Notes under the pieces: model-generated | Databases searched by the model: none | Told to the model about the DNA's origin: nothing | What the model saw: only the letters and a program-made list of their open reading frames with translations | Shown: one piece after another, positions 12,267-25,011 of the stretch | How the letters are laid out: every line of letters begins with the position of its first letter | Position numbering within the stretch: the stretch's first letter is position 1 | Position numbers and translations under genes: made by a program | NCBI RefSeq assembly: GCF_018977255.1 | Contig: NW_024704742.1 | Span: 124,684,001 to 124,748,000, forward strand | Length of the DNA: 64,000 bases | From: Callorhinchus milii | Taxonomy: Eukaryota | Reading direction: 5' to 3'

Positions 12267-12956
12267 TAATAATAAGCCTTGTATTTGATACAGTGCCTTA
12301 TCACGTCTTCAAGATGTCTCAAAGCGCTTCACAGAAAATATTATAAAGTGAATTGACTGTATATTTTGTGGCGAAACACGGCAGCCAATTGCGGACAGTA
12401 GTGTCCCAAGAACAGTTGTGGATTGAGTGACCAATTTTTTTTTTAAGGAATTATTACCCCCGGAAAAGCGATCCACCTATCAACTAACAACCGGGATCCT
12501 ACTTATTGCTAGGTAAACAGAGGCATGTGGAGTAAAGAAACTTGCCCAACATTTCGCCCTGCCGGGAATCAAACCCAGGTCTCCCGCTTTGTGGAGTCCT
12601 GTAGCTCAGTGGTTGAGCACTCGCTTTGCAAGCTAGAGACCTGAGTTCAATTCCAGGCAGGGCGAAACCTTGGGCAAGTTTCCTTACTCCACACGCCTAA
12701 TAATAATCCCTCCAAAACCAAAAACAATAATAAATTGGTCATTTTCAATCCATGACTGTTTGTGGGACATTGCTTTGCGCAATTGGCTGCCGCGTTCGCC
12801 CACAAATATACAGTCAATTCACTTTACAGTGTGTTCTGTGAAGCGCTTTGGGACGTCCTCCCGACGTGAAAAGCGCTATATCAAATGCAAGGATTATTAT
12901 TATTATTATTATTATTATGAGGCGAATGTTCTAACCACTGAGCTACAGGACTCCAC
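12267..12956 (-). mobile_element. Long-subtype SINE interrupted in its tRNA head by a young SINE
   Basis: The host reads ...ctcccgctt | insert | tgaggcgaatgttctaaccactgagctacaggactccac. Confidence 0.9.
12590..12917 (+). mobile_element. tRNA-derived SINE, youngest short subtype (nested)
   Basis: Box A TAGCTCAGTGG, box B GTTCAATTCC, CTCCC-loop hairpin, long (ATT)n tail. Confidence 0.95.
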
Positions 12957-13271
12957 AACTTGCAGGACTTGCATATAAAATGCAAAGATTATTCATTAAA
13001 CTGCAGTAAAGTGAAGGTCAAGGTGACGGTGCAGAAACAACTTTGTTTTCCAGAAGTTGAATTCCATCTTCAGGTCAAACAATTCCTCAAACATAGTGAA
13101 GCCATTTTTGATACTCTGTTCTCCCAAACCACAGGAAGCTATGGCTTGGAGCACAAGTACACATAAAATCAGCAATGTTCCAAAACACTCAGAAGCAGAG
13201 AACATTACTGCGAAGAGAGTGGCACATATGGAGTGAATTACAATAAACAATGGTTCACATCACAAACAGGG

Positions 13272-13466
13272 GATAATAATAATGATAATAATCCTTGCAT
13301 TTGATATAGTGCTTTTCACGTCTTCTAGATGTCTCAAAGCGCTTCACAGAATATGCTGTAAAGTGAATTGACTGTATATTTGTGGGCGAAACGCGGCAGT
13401 CAATTGCGCACCCAGGTGTCTTGCTTGCAAGGCGAGCGCTCTAACCACTGAGCTACTGGACTCCAC
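13272..13466 (-). mobile_element. Internally deleted tRNA-SINE
   Basis: The tail half joins the head directly at gcgca|cccagg. Confidence 0.8.
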
Positions 13467-16104
13467 GCATAAAACGCACACAAACATACATGCACTAAAC
13501 CACATACATATACCCACATACACGCAAACACATGAACACACAGATGTGCACAGATAGACAGAAGACTTGTTGGTTGGCACATTTCCCAAATACTTTAAAA
13601 GCAGCATCTCTTCTGACTTAGAACTGATTGGCAAGAGTAAATCAATATACACAGTGGACGTATAGTATCATACATTATGTCTCCAAAAAGTTTACTTGAA
13701 TCATTTTGTTTTTATCATAACAGCATTGATAAGCCCTGCTCTTAACATGATGCAGGTCCAAGTAGAGTATGCTGGGTTACTAATTCCGATATGGAGTTTC
13801 TCATGTGATACTGTACTTAGTCAAAGGTTTTTTGGAAGTCCAGGTACATATGACTTCCAAAGTCAGTTTGAAATGAAATTTCCTCACAAAAGTCTTTTAA
13901 GTTTTTAATCACCCCAACATCTACCTCTTCTGAAGCCAGGCTGCCTGTCATTCATTAGATTATTTTTATACAGGGAATCTTTTGGAGTTTGATTCCATCA
14001 TTTGTTCGATTATTACGGTCAAGCTAATGGTTCTGCAGTTTTCATATATGGTCCAATCACTTTACTTGGATAAGTATTTGTTTGCTTCTAGTCTATTAGA
14101 ACCTCACCATTGGTGATGGACTCCCTCATTATGCCTATTAGTGGTTCACAAATCTCCGGTCTTGTCTCTTCAAGTAACATGTAGTCTCGACTTGCCCAAT
14201 CTCTTTTTTTAACCTCTTTCTATTCAGACCATTCAGCCCAATGTCAGTTTTCTGCCTCAATCCCTCTTTGCCCATCTTGCCTTGCCCCTGTTTGCCCATC
14301 TTAAGATCTCACCTGAAGACTTTCCTCTTCAACTGTGCCTGTGGTCATTTCCCCTTTCTCCCCAGCTTGGCATCAAACTACACCATTGTTAAGGGCTCTG
14401 AGACACTATCCAGCTTGAAGGGTGCTATATAAATGCCAGTTGTTTTTGTTCTCCTTTGTAAAAAAAATGTTTTCTTAATCCACATTATTTTCCTGCCGAT
14501 CCATTTTGGAGCTTCACTTGAGTATCTAACTGCCCCATCTGCTTGGGATTAATGTTTTTTTAAGGATATATAAGAATAAATAATAATCTTTGCATTTAGT
14601 ATAACCCCTTATCACATGGTTGAAACATCTCAAGAACCACAACTAAAATATCTTAGATAACTATGAAATCACCCAATCTGCTCTCTCCTCTAGAACACAA
14701 ATTGAAAAGTGTCTAAGACTCTAAAATATATGAAAACTGAGTCAAATTCAAATACAACAATAACTTGCATTTATACAATGCTCTGCATCTAGAATAACGT
14801 CTTGGATTGAAACACTTGGGATGATGTTGGGTGCAGAGCAAGGAGGGTGGGGTTTGGATTATAGAAATATGCCAAATATATTCAGATTTGAAGCAGAATG
14901 ACAGCCTGTAGGAAGGTGGTGCTGTAACCAAGGTTCAATTTTACCCTAAGGGAAAACATGTTTTTTTCCCTTTATAAAGAAAATAATCTTGGTCACTCAC
15001 TTCACGGCTATTCGTGGGGTATCACTGTGCACAAATTGGCTGCTGCTTTTGGATACAAAATACACAGTCACTACACTTTGCTTTATAGTACAATGCTTCT
15101 ATCAGAATAATCTAGTAAAAACACTTCCATTTTTCAGTAATCCATACAATATATATGTATACATGTATGTAATATAACATTTATAAATCTGATTTTTTCC
15201 TTGTTTCTCAATTAATTCTAACAGACATGGCTGCCAAGTTCTCAGTCTTCTTGAAAAGTATTAATGGTGTTTAGGGGAACTGAACTTTCTTTACTGTTTC
15301 TTAATCAGCAGCACAGCTGATTTCCCTGACCATCTGGCTGGTTGCCAATCTTGGTCCAAACACAAACCTTAAATGTCAAAGGGAACCGGGGAGAGTCGTA
15401 AGAAAAGGGAACAAATCTGAACATATACGATTTCTGTTTGAAGTTTGCTCCATGTGAGTATGTTTTCTGCTGCTAAGATTTCACACTATGCACGTGCATT
15501 GCTGAAATGCACACACAATCAAAGCCTCTCCCATCTTAAAAATCTGATCTCATAATAAAGGTGACTGCCTGGTAGCACTCTCATCTTTGAGTCAGGTTGT
15601 GGGTTTAAACCCCATGTTGAAACTCTGAGCACATAATCTTGACTGACACTGCAGTGCTGATTGAACTCCTCCTGAGGTGAAAAGACAGATATAAATGTAA
15701 ATTTGTATTATATGGTCTATCACCCTTTTACTAAAATAAATCTCTGCATTTCTCATTCTCTTTTGTTGTCCTTACTTTGACAAGAAACCCCTTATCCTTG
15801 AATAACAGTAATGAATGAATATGATAGCAGAACCGGGGACAAAAAGATAGTTTGTGAATAAAATTCTTGTCAACCTTGTTTGGGAAAATGCCTGTTGACT
15901 GACTTTGGTGCAGTTGTTCACTGCTAACTTCGTGAAGAGCAAGTCACAACTGGCCGTTGTTCACAGCTGCATTCAACATACATTTTTGGTCCTGCAGCAT
16001 TCCAAAGAATATGCATCACTGACAAGATCAGTTATTTGGCTCTCAATTATTAACAGGCACCAAACGATCAACACACATAATAGTTGTTGCACATTGTTAT
16101 TCAT

Positions 16105-17150
16105 AGATTCATAGAATTATATAGCACAGAAGAAGGCCATTCAACCCATCGTGTCTGTGCCGGCTCGTGAAAGAGTTGTCCAAATTAGTCCCACTCCCCC
16201 ACTCTCTCCCCATAGCCCTGCAAATTTGTCCTCCACAAATGTCTATCTACTTCTCTCTTGAAAGTTATTGTCGAATCAGCTTCCATCACCCTTTCAGGCA
16301 ATGCATTCCAGATCCAAACAACTCGCTGTGTGAAAAAGTTTCTTCTCACCTCCCCTCTGGTTCTTTTGGCAACTATTTTAAATCTGTGTCCTTTGGTTAC
16401 CGAGCCACCCTGTTTATCCTATCAAATCCCTTTATAATTTTGAACATCTCTATTAAATCTCCCCTTAAGCTTATCTGCTCCAAGGAAAATAATCCTAGCT
16501 TCTCTAGCCTCTCCTTATGACTGAAGTCTCCCATTCCTGGTAGTATCCTGGTAAATCTCCTTTGCACCCTCTCCAATGCCTTGACATCCTTCCTAAAGTG
16601 TGGTCCCCAGAACTGAACACAGTACCCAGAGCTGAGGCTTAACCAGTGTTTTATTTGTGGAGTCCTGTAGCTCAGTGGTTAGAGCACTTGCTTTGCAAGC
16701 GAGAGACCTGAGTTCAATTCCAGGCAGGGCGAAACCTTGGGCAAGTTTCCTTACTCCACACGCCTAATAATAATCCCTCCAAAAAAACAAAACAATAATT
16801 AAATTGGTCATTTTCAATCTACGACTGTTTGTGGGACATTGCTGTGCGCAATTGGCTGCCGCGTTCGCCCACAAATATACAGTCAATTCACTTTACAGTG
16901 TGTTCTGTGAAGCGCTTTGGGACGTCCTCCCGACGTGAAAAGCGCTATTTCAAATGCAAGGATTATTATTATTATAAAGGTTCATCATAACCTCCTTATT
17001 TTTGTATTATATGCCCCTATTTAAAAAGCCGAGTATTCCGTAAGTTTTTTTAACAACTTTATCTATCTATCCTGCCACCTTTAAAGATTTGCTTATATGA
17101 ACTCCCAGGTCTCTCTATTCCTTCAACCCCTTTAAGATTGGACCATCCAT
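16105..17150 (-). mobile_element. CR1-clade LINE 3' part, interrupted by a SINE
   Basis: Homologous to the CR1 at 32510-33330 over both flanks of the SINE. Confidence 0.88.
16656..16975 (+). mobile_element. tRNA-derived SINE, youngest short subtype (nested in CR1)
   Basis: Full length, with an intact cloverleaf-like head and a TGC anticodon-like loop. Confidence 0.95.
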
Positions 17151-17892
17151 CCAGAATTTTAGTAACTTTGCTTCTTTTGGACACCTTTGACACACACAAA
17201 CACGCACACAAAATATTTCAGAACCTTTTACAAATTAAGATTCATTAGAAATTAAATAAATGTGATTATCTTGGCAAATGTGTGGACTCGAATTCTAGGT
17301 GATGTCATGTGTAACACCTTTGGCAATTAGAATAAGGGAAAACTTCCTAGTGACTAACATCACCAAAAGTGTTGGTTGTAACAGTGACTGTGGTAATACT
17401 ACTGCTAATAATAATATAATATTCCTTGTATTTGGTATAGTGCCTTTCACACCAGAAGGACATCTCAAAACATTTAACAGAACTCACTATAAAGTGTAGT
17501 AACTGTATTTTTGTAGGATGTGGTGGCTGCCAATTTGCACACAGCAATGATTCTCAAATAGCCATGAAGCAATAGAAGGGATATTGCAATTCTATGACTA
17601 ACAATGTTAATTTTATAACAATAGTGTTGATTAACAGAGCACATTTGAACAGTGAGTGTTTGGCTCTCTGCATGCAGTGACTGGTCTACTGCAGGTGGCT
17701 GACCAGGTGCATTGTATAGTGTGGTTAGAAAGCTGTGCTTCAATTATTGCCTCCATTAATGCATTCCACAGAGATTGGATTGATACCTGCACAGCACAGT
17801 AATATCCAACTTAAAGCATCCTACCCATTAGAGCTAAGGTTGAGGACATACATATACCTTTGAGTCTTATTAACGTTTTAATACGTATTTTA

Positions 17893-20437
17893 CCAAAAAT
17901 AGAAGGGAACCTGGAGGCGAATGTTATTGAGGAACTTAAAAGAAAGGAACATCAGTAAAGCGATAGTACTAGAGAAATTGATAGGATTAAAAACCAATAA
18001 ATCCCCTGGATCTGATGGCCTGCATCTGAGTTTTTTTTAAAGAGATGGCTGCAGAGATAGTCAATGCTTTGTTTTTGATCTTCCAAAATTTCCTGGATTC
18101 TGGAATTGTTCCCAGTGATTGGAGAGTCACAAACGTAACGCCGATACTTAAGAAGGGTGGGAGACAAAAAATGGGGAACTATAGGCCAGTTAGTCTGACA
18201 TCGATGGTAGGGAAAATTCTAGAGTCTTTAATTAGGGACGTCGTCGTGGGGTACTTAGAAAATCATAACATGATTAGGCAGAGTCAGCATGGCTTTACGA
18301 AAGGGAAATCATGTTTAACAAATCTTATAGAGTTTTTGAGGATATAATTAGCAGGTTAGATAGGGGGGAACCACTAAATGTGGTGTATTTGGATTTCCAG
18401 AAGGCATTCGACAAGGTGCCACATAAAAGGCTGTTGGATAAGATTACAGCCCATGTAATTAAGGGTAATATATTAGCATGGATTGGAGAGTGGCGAACGG
18501 GAAGAAAACAGAGAGTAGGGATAAATGGGTCCTTCTCAGATTGGCAGAATGTGACTAGTGGAGTGCCACAAGGATCAGTGCTTGGGCCTCAATTATTTAC
18601 AGTCTATATCAATGATATAGTTGAGGAAATAGAGCTTAACATATCTAAATTTGCTTATGATACAACAACAACAAGATTCCATTTATTGAGCTCCTTTCAC
18701 GTCGGGAGGACGTCCCAAGGTGCTGTACAGTTGGGTCAGGACCCGAGCAGAGGGGAAATGGTCAGGGTGAGGGGAGGGAAGGGAGGGGGCGAGGAGGGGG
18801 TAGAGAATCGAGAGGGGAGCTGAAGGCACGGTCAAAGAGAAAGGTCTTGAGACCGGCCTTAAAGGAGGAAAGGGAGGAGGCAAGGCGAAGGCACTGGGGG
18901 ATAGAGTTCCAGAGCCTAGGGGCTGAGAGGCTGAAGGCCCGGCCACCGATGGTAGGGCGGTTGGGGCGGGGGATGTGGAGCAGACCGGAGCCAGAGGAAC
19001 GGAGGGTATGGGCAGGCAGGTAGGGGGATAGTAGGTCGGAGAGGTAGGAGGGAGCAAGGCCATGAATGGCCTTGTAGGTGAGGATGAGGATCTTGAATTC
19101 GATCCTCTGGGGGATGGGGAGCCAGTGGAGGTGAGCGAGGGTGGGAGTGATGTGGTCCCGAAGCCTGGTGCGGGACAGTACACGAGCTGCAGAGTTCTGA
19201 ATGACCTGCAGCTTGTGGAGGGAGGTGCCGGGAAGGCCGGCGAGGAGAGAGTTCCCATAGTCCAGTCTTGAGGTGATAAAGGCGTGGACCAGAGTTTCAG
19301 CAGCGTGAGGGGTGAGGTAGTGCCGTAGTCTGGCGACATTCCGGAGGTGATGGAAGGCGGTGCCAGTTGTGGTGCGGATATGAGGGAGAAAGGACAGCTC
19401 AGGGTCAAACAGAACACCGAGGTTCGTGACTGGCTTTGAGAGGTGGAGAGTGCAGCCTTGGATGCTGATGCTGTCAGCGCCTGAAGTGCAGAGGCGCTGA
19501 CGCGAGCCAATCAGGAGGACCTCAGTTTTGCGCACGTTGAGCTGGAGAAAGTTACAAAGAATGCAAAGGGAAATAGATAGGTTAGGTGAGTGGGCAAGAA
19601 GGTGGCAGATGGAGTATAATGTGGGGAAGTGTGAAGTTATTCACCTAGGCAGTAAAAATAGAAAAACAGATTATTTTCTAGAGGGAGAGAGACTAGGTAG
19701 TGTTAGTGTTCAGAGGGATTTGGATGTCCTGTACACCAGTCACAAAATGTTAGTATGCAGGTACAGCAAGGAACTAGGAAGGCTGATGCCATGTTGGCGT
19801 TCGTTGCAAAAGGGTTAGAGTACAAGAGTAGGGAAGTCTTGCTGCAGTTTTATAAAGTCTTGGTGAGACCGCACCTAGAATATTGTGTGCAGCTTTGGTC
19901 TCCTTATTTAAGAAAGGACATTCTCGCCTTAGAGGGTATGCAGCGTGGATTAACTAGGTTGGTTCCTGGGATGAGGGGATTGACCTATGAGGATAGGTTG
20001 AGTAAACTAGGCCTATATTCTCTAGAATATAGAAGAATTAGAGGTGATCTTATCGAAACCTCTAAGATTCGTAAGAGTCTTGACACAGTAGATGCCGTGA
20101 GACTGGTTACCCTGGTTGGAGAATCTAAAACTAGGGGTCATAGTCTCAAGATTAAGGGTCAGCCTTTTCAAACTAAGTTGAGGAAACATTTCTTCATTCA
20201 GATGGTAGTGAATTTGTGGAATTCTCTACCCCAGAAGGCTGTGGATGCTCAGTCCTTGAACATATTCAAGACTGAGATTGATAGATTTCTAAAGGATAGA
20301 GGGATTAAGGGATATGCGGATAGCGTGGATAAATGGAAATAGGATAGAAGATCAGCCATGACCTTATTAAATGACGGAGCAGGCTTGAGGGGCCAAATAG
20401 CCTACTCCTACTCCTACGTCTTATGCTCTTATGGTTC
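17893..20437 (+). mobile_element. CR1-clade LINE, 5'-truncated, RT domain pseudogenised, interrupted by an L2
   Basis: ORF pieces NYRPVSLTS, QHGFTKGKSCLTNLIEF, YLDFQKAFDKVPH, GVPQGSVLGPQLF and LVRPHLEYCVQ.WSP. Contains frameshifts; the catalytic FADD reads FAYD. Confidence 0.95.
18663..19553 (-). mobile_element. Young 5'-truncated L2 LINE with an uninterrupted ORF2 C-terminus (257 aa)
   Basis: ORF 18762-19535 (KTEVLLIG...SRLDYGNSLL...LHWLPIPQRIEFKIL...FKAGLKTFLF) has no stops; 3' hairpin and (GTT)n tail. Confidence 0.95.
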
Positions 20438-20759
20438 AGACAGACAACTATCAACAGTTTGTTGAATTGCTGCAAACCTGCCTGGATTTGCCAGGTATGT
20501 CCCTGCAGTCTCAATAAATCCCTAGGAGACCTGTGTCTCTCCCCCACAAAGATTATACAACTAAAACAAAAGCTATGTACTGATTCCAACTTCCCCAAAA
20601 CTCTGCCTCCTGTAGCCTCACCTACATCACAAAATATACTCCCACAAAATATATCATCAATTCACTTTGCTGTATATCCTGTGAAGCGCTTTGAGACGTT
20701 TCGAAAATGTGATAAGGCATTAATTGTATCAAATGCAAGGATTCATTTATCAAACTTTG

Positions 20760-21745
20760 CATATCCACAACCCAGGTTGTCGGCAGGGTCCACTGGTTCC
20801 CAATCTCCCAGGGGACTGATTTCAAGGTCTTCATGTGAGAATCACATCTATAAATACCTTTGCACTCTAGCATCACGCTATCTCTCTGATCTCTTCTTTT
20901 CCTACTAACCCTCGCGCTCCCTCTGCTCAGCTTACTTGGGCTTGCTATCTGACCCCCATCCTAGCCAGTGGCTGAGCCTTTAGATTCTACGCTCTTAAAC
21001 TCTGCAATTCCCTCCCTTTACCCCTTTGTCTCACCCGCTCTGTATTTACCTTCAAGTTTTGCACTAAAACGTACCTCTTCAACCATGCCTATGGAACCCC
21101 TCTTCTGCCCCCCTCCCCTCGTCTCAGTGTCCAACCCAGTTGGGAAGGTGCTCTGAGACATTATCCTTCATGAAGCGGCTGTATAAGTGCAACTTGCTGT
21201 TGTCCCTGGAAAGGAAAGTAGAGCTTTGGACTTGGAATGAGAAAATTCTGGTTGCATTTTTTGGTGGGTCAATTCAACCCTTATAATGATAGAATTGTTA
21301 AAATAACAGCATAGAAGCAAGATATTCGTCCCATCAGGTCACCATTAAGTTTTCCATGGCCTTGCTCCTTCTTACCTCTGTGACCTGATAACCCTTTATC
21401 AAACTTGTCCACTCCCCCTGTTCAAAGGGGTCCAGCCTGCTCCACGTCCCCCACCCAGTCCACCCCACCATCGGCGGACGGGCCTTTAGCCTCTCTGCCC
21501 CCACCCTTTGGAACTCCATCCCACATTCCCTTCGCCTCGCTCCCTCCCTTGCCTCCATCAAGGCACATCTCAAGACCCTCTTCTTCGACCAAGCCTTCAG
21601 CAACCCTCCTACCCTCCACCCTCCCTGATTCCAAACACCCACCCACCCACCTCCCGCTCGGGTCCAAATCCCTGAATGTTCATCACCTTGGGATGTCCTC
21701 CTGATGTGGAAGGCGATTTACAAACGTAATTGTGTATTGAATTGT
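20760..21745 (+). mobile_element. Two degraded L2 3' fragments
   Basis: HWFP/GGRAFS..APTLWNS remnants and L2 tails at ~21200 and ~21740. Confidence 0.75.
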
Positions 21746-23196
21746 TTGCAGGTGGTAGTTTCCATTTGCTCATGCCTCCATAAAAACACTTGGTCTCAAA
21801 ACAGTACATGGATTCTCATGTTGCAAACTTTACTTCATATCGTCTAATCTTATTTCCGTTCTCTTTCCTTGTGTCCTTTTATATTGCTGTTATGTGCCCC
21901 CCTTAAAGTTGGTTATAGCTCTAGCTTCAATAAGCACTTATGGCGAAATATTCAATGTTCTAATAACTCTTTGCCTGAAAATAACTCTTCCAAATCTCCA
22001 ACAAATCTCCCACAAAAGTGCTGTGCTCTGAACCTTTGAGTTGCAATTCCGGTAAGATAGCTGCTATATCTTGTTATCAAACATATAGTGCTTATATGTT
22101 CAAACACATAGCTCCAATTTTAATGGTATTCTGTAATGTAAGGAAAATATGGCAACAGGGTAAAGTTAATACAGTGATGGTTATCTCACCAAAATTATTT
22201 CTATTTCCTATAACATTGAAAGCATCTATTCAGGATTGGGTCTAATTTTATGATATTTCTTTAAGAGATTAGTTTATAAAATATCTTATTGGAATTCCCA
22301 TTAATCCGCGGGAATTCTTGTGATCTGTATAGATCTAAATCCCTCCATAACAATGAAGGGATTAGTGCTGCACCAATTGATAGATGACGATATATTACCA
22401 CTATTGCCATTGCTTATTCCCAAAATAGCATTGCAATGAGACTGGCCTTTTTTTACACAGTAACGTAGCAAGTAATGACAAATAACAAACTCCTTCAAAT
22501 TTAGCTCATGCTTGATTTGAGTCTGCACAAGGTAACCGTGGCAACGTGAATTCCAGTAAGAGTTGCTATTGAAACAAACAAAGACCGACTCTGAAATAAA
22601 TGAAAGGGCATAATTGTGACAGGAAAGGTTCTCTACTAATCATTAACAGCACTGGCCAAGGAACAAAGGTTTCCTATACCGAAGTTAAAAACTTTACAAA
22701 AATGTTGAATTAAATACTGTTGGTTACGGCTTAGGAAACAATAGCAATTTAGACAATTGGGACTGTGGTGGATAGCGTCTTAAAAACAGGAAACTACAGA
22801 ACAGAAGGAAGCCCTTCGGTTCATTGAGTCCCCACTAGCTCACAGAACATGGAGATCAATTTATTCCCACTGATGGCCTTATCCCCATACTCTTTCTTGA
22901 TGATTCCATTAATTTTGCCACTGACACAACCCACCAGCACTGTCCCTCCTTAATTACTTTGTTCGGTCCGAGATACTCTGAGATTCTATCTCGAGTAAAG
23001 GGCACTGTAAAAATGCAAGTTTTTGCTTTAGGAAATTGAATGGAGAATCTGATCAGATCTCTCCTTCCAGATATTGTAACTATATGATCAGAAGTATGAA
23101 CAAGACATTTAGGGCCTCACTCAAAACCCAATTTATGAATTGTCCAAAGACATGCACGATCATAAACATTAAAACAATGGTTTTAGCTAAGATAAG

Positions 23197-23402
23197 TTAA
23201 CGCGGCAGCCAATTGCATACAACAGTGTCCCACAAACAGTCATGGATTGAAAATGACCAATGTATTATTGTTTTGTTTTGGAAGGATTATTATTAGGTGT
23301 GTGGAGTAAAGAAACTTGCCCAAGGTTTTGCCCTGCCTGGAATTGAACGCAGGTGTCTCCCTTGCAAGGCGAGTGCTCTACACTGAGCTACAGGATTCCA
23401 CA
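23197..23402 (-). mobile_element. tRNA-SINE, short subtype, tail missing
   Basis: Head and middle match the family. Confidence 0.8.
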
Positions 23403-25011
23403 AAGATTACTGCTTCGTGATAGGAAAAACATCTTTATTCAGAGTTATAAAAGTTTAAAATAATTTACCATGCAAAAAAGTGGGAAAGGTGGAATATATA
23501 TTGTATATATATATATATATGTCTATAGAACTGTCGGTCTGGTTTGGATACTTGTAAGTATGGTGATCGGTTTCGATCTGCATGTGTTTAACACTCACTT
23601 GACCAAAAAAAACACTAAACACTTGTTGCAGTGTTGCAGAACTATATCATACACTACGATTTGGCTTGCAACAACGCTATTAATATAAAAAGATAGAATT
23701 TATTTTCTGGATTACATCTCAGTTCATGAAAAAGCATACTGTCTGCCCAGAAACAAAGATTTTTCCGTACGTTATAGGGTGACAGTAAAAGCCTTGTGTT
23801 TGATTTCCCTCTGATGACACTTGTCAAGATGAATGTTCCAAAAAAGAGATTTAACATGCTATGACCAAGGTTGAAATAAGGTTATTTTATGCTAACATAA
23901 AAGAGGAGACAAGGAAATGATCATCTTTGTGCACTTGCCAAAGATTACGTTTGACCACATTTGTCAATTGGACAAACACATTCATAATAAGAAACACAAA
24001 GGAATAAATGTTACCTTGAACCATGAAACAAAATACCAGGGAGTAGTGTATGAGTACAAATGTACATTGTCACTGACTAAAGTTCTGTCACATGACAGAA
24101 CATATATGACCAAAGTTCTGTCAGTACTGTATCTTATTCTGGACTGAAAATATCCTGAGCCACTAACAAAAGAGCATACTAAAGTAATAATAATAATCCT
24201 TGCATTTGATATAGCGCCTTATCATGTCATTGAGATATCTCAAAGCGCTTCACAGAATATACTAAAAAGTGAATTGACTGTACATTGTGTGCGAAACAGC
24301 TTGTCTTACCAGTTTTACACAGAAGCAAGCAGCACTTTGTGTTAAAGAGTGCTGGCATCTCTAGTGTCAAACTGCAATACTGTAGTCTATACTGTAGTGT
24401 ATTGTGTATTGTGCAGGAGCTTGTGTGGTAACTCAGAAATAGGATAGTGGGGGAGGGGAAGAGGCCAGTGGAATGCAAATCCCAAATCTGAAAAGCTTTT
24501 GATGCATCTTTTGAAAGTTTTCAGATGGGAGACAGACCTTCTCACTTCACACACATGTGAATGCTAGGATACAGAAGCATTTTTGACTTTAGACAAATAT
24601 CAGAGAAACAAAATAACTCCTCCCTCCTACTTTCATCTTCGTATATACAGTACTATAATGGAAGTGTTGTCCTTCAGATGAGATAACAAACCGAGGACCA
24701 GTCTGTTCAAGTGCACATTAAACATCTTATGGTACAACTCGAAAAGCTAATTGTGTCTCTCTTAACTTCTGGAAAATGTTTTTCCGAATAAAATTGGTAA
24801 TTCTATGCCTGTTTGTGGGATATTATTGTGTGCAAAGTTACAAAATACACAGATACTACGCTTTATAGCAAATTATTAATATTTTATATTGTAATGATCT
24901 TCCCAATTGGTAAACAGTGCATATATGTTTTTTTTCTTATTACTTACAGATTCATATATAACAATCATTGATGTAGCTATATAACGTTTTGAGTTCCCTC
25001 AACGGTTGTGC

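Noticed and set aside
12670..12978. Recurrent ORFs containing CKDYYY or SNARIII in the ORF track
   Set aside because: Chance translations of the SINE tail, repeated at each copy.
16657..16735. tRNA-Ala(TGC)-like cloverleaf as a tRNA gene (and other SINE heads)
   Set aside because: Each is fused to a SINE body and tail, has an imperfect T-arm and acceptor stem, and occurs in many copies.
17893..20437. Autonomous active CR1 or a domesticated RT gene
   Set aside because: 5'-truncated, frameshifted, catalytic motif mutated and interrupted by an L2.
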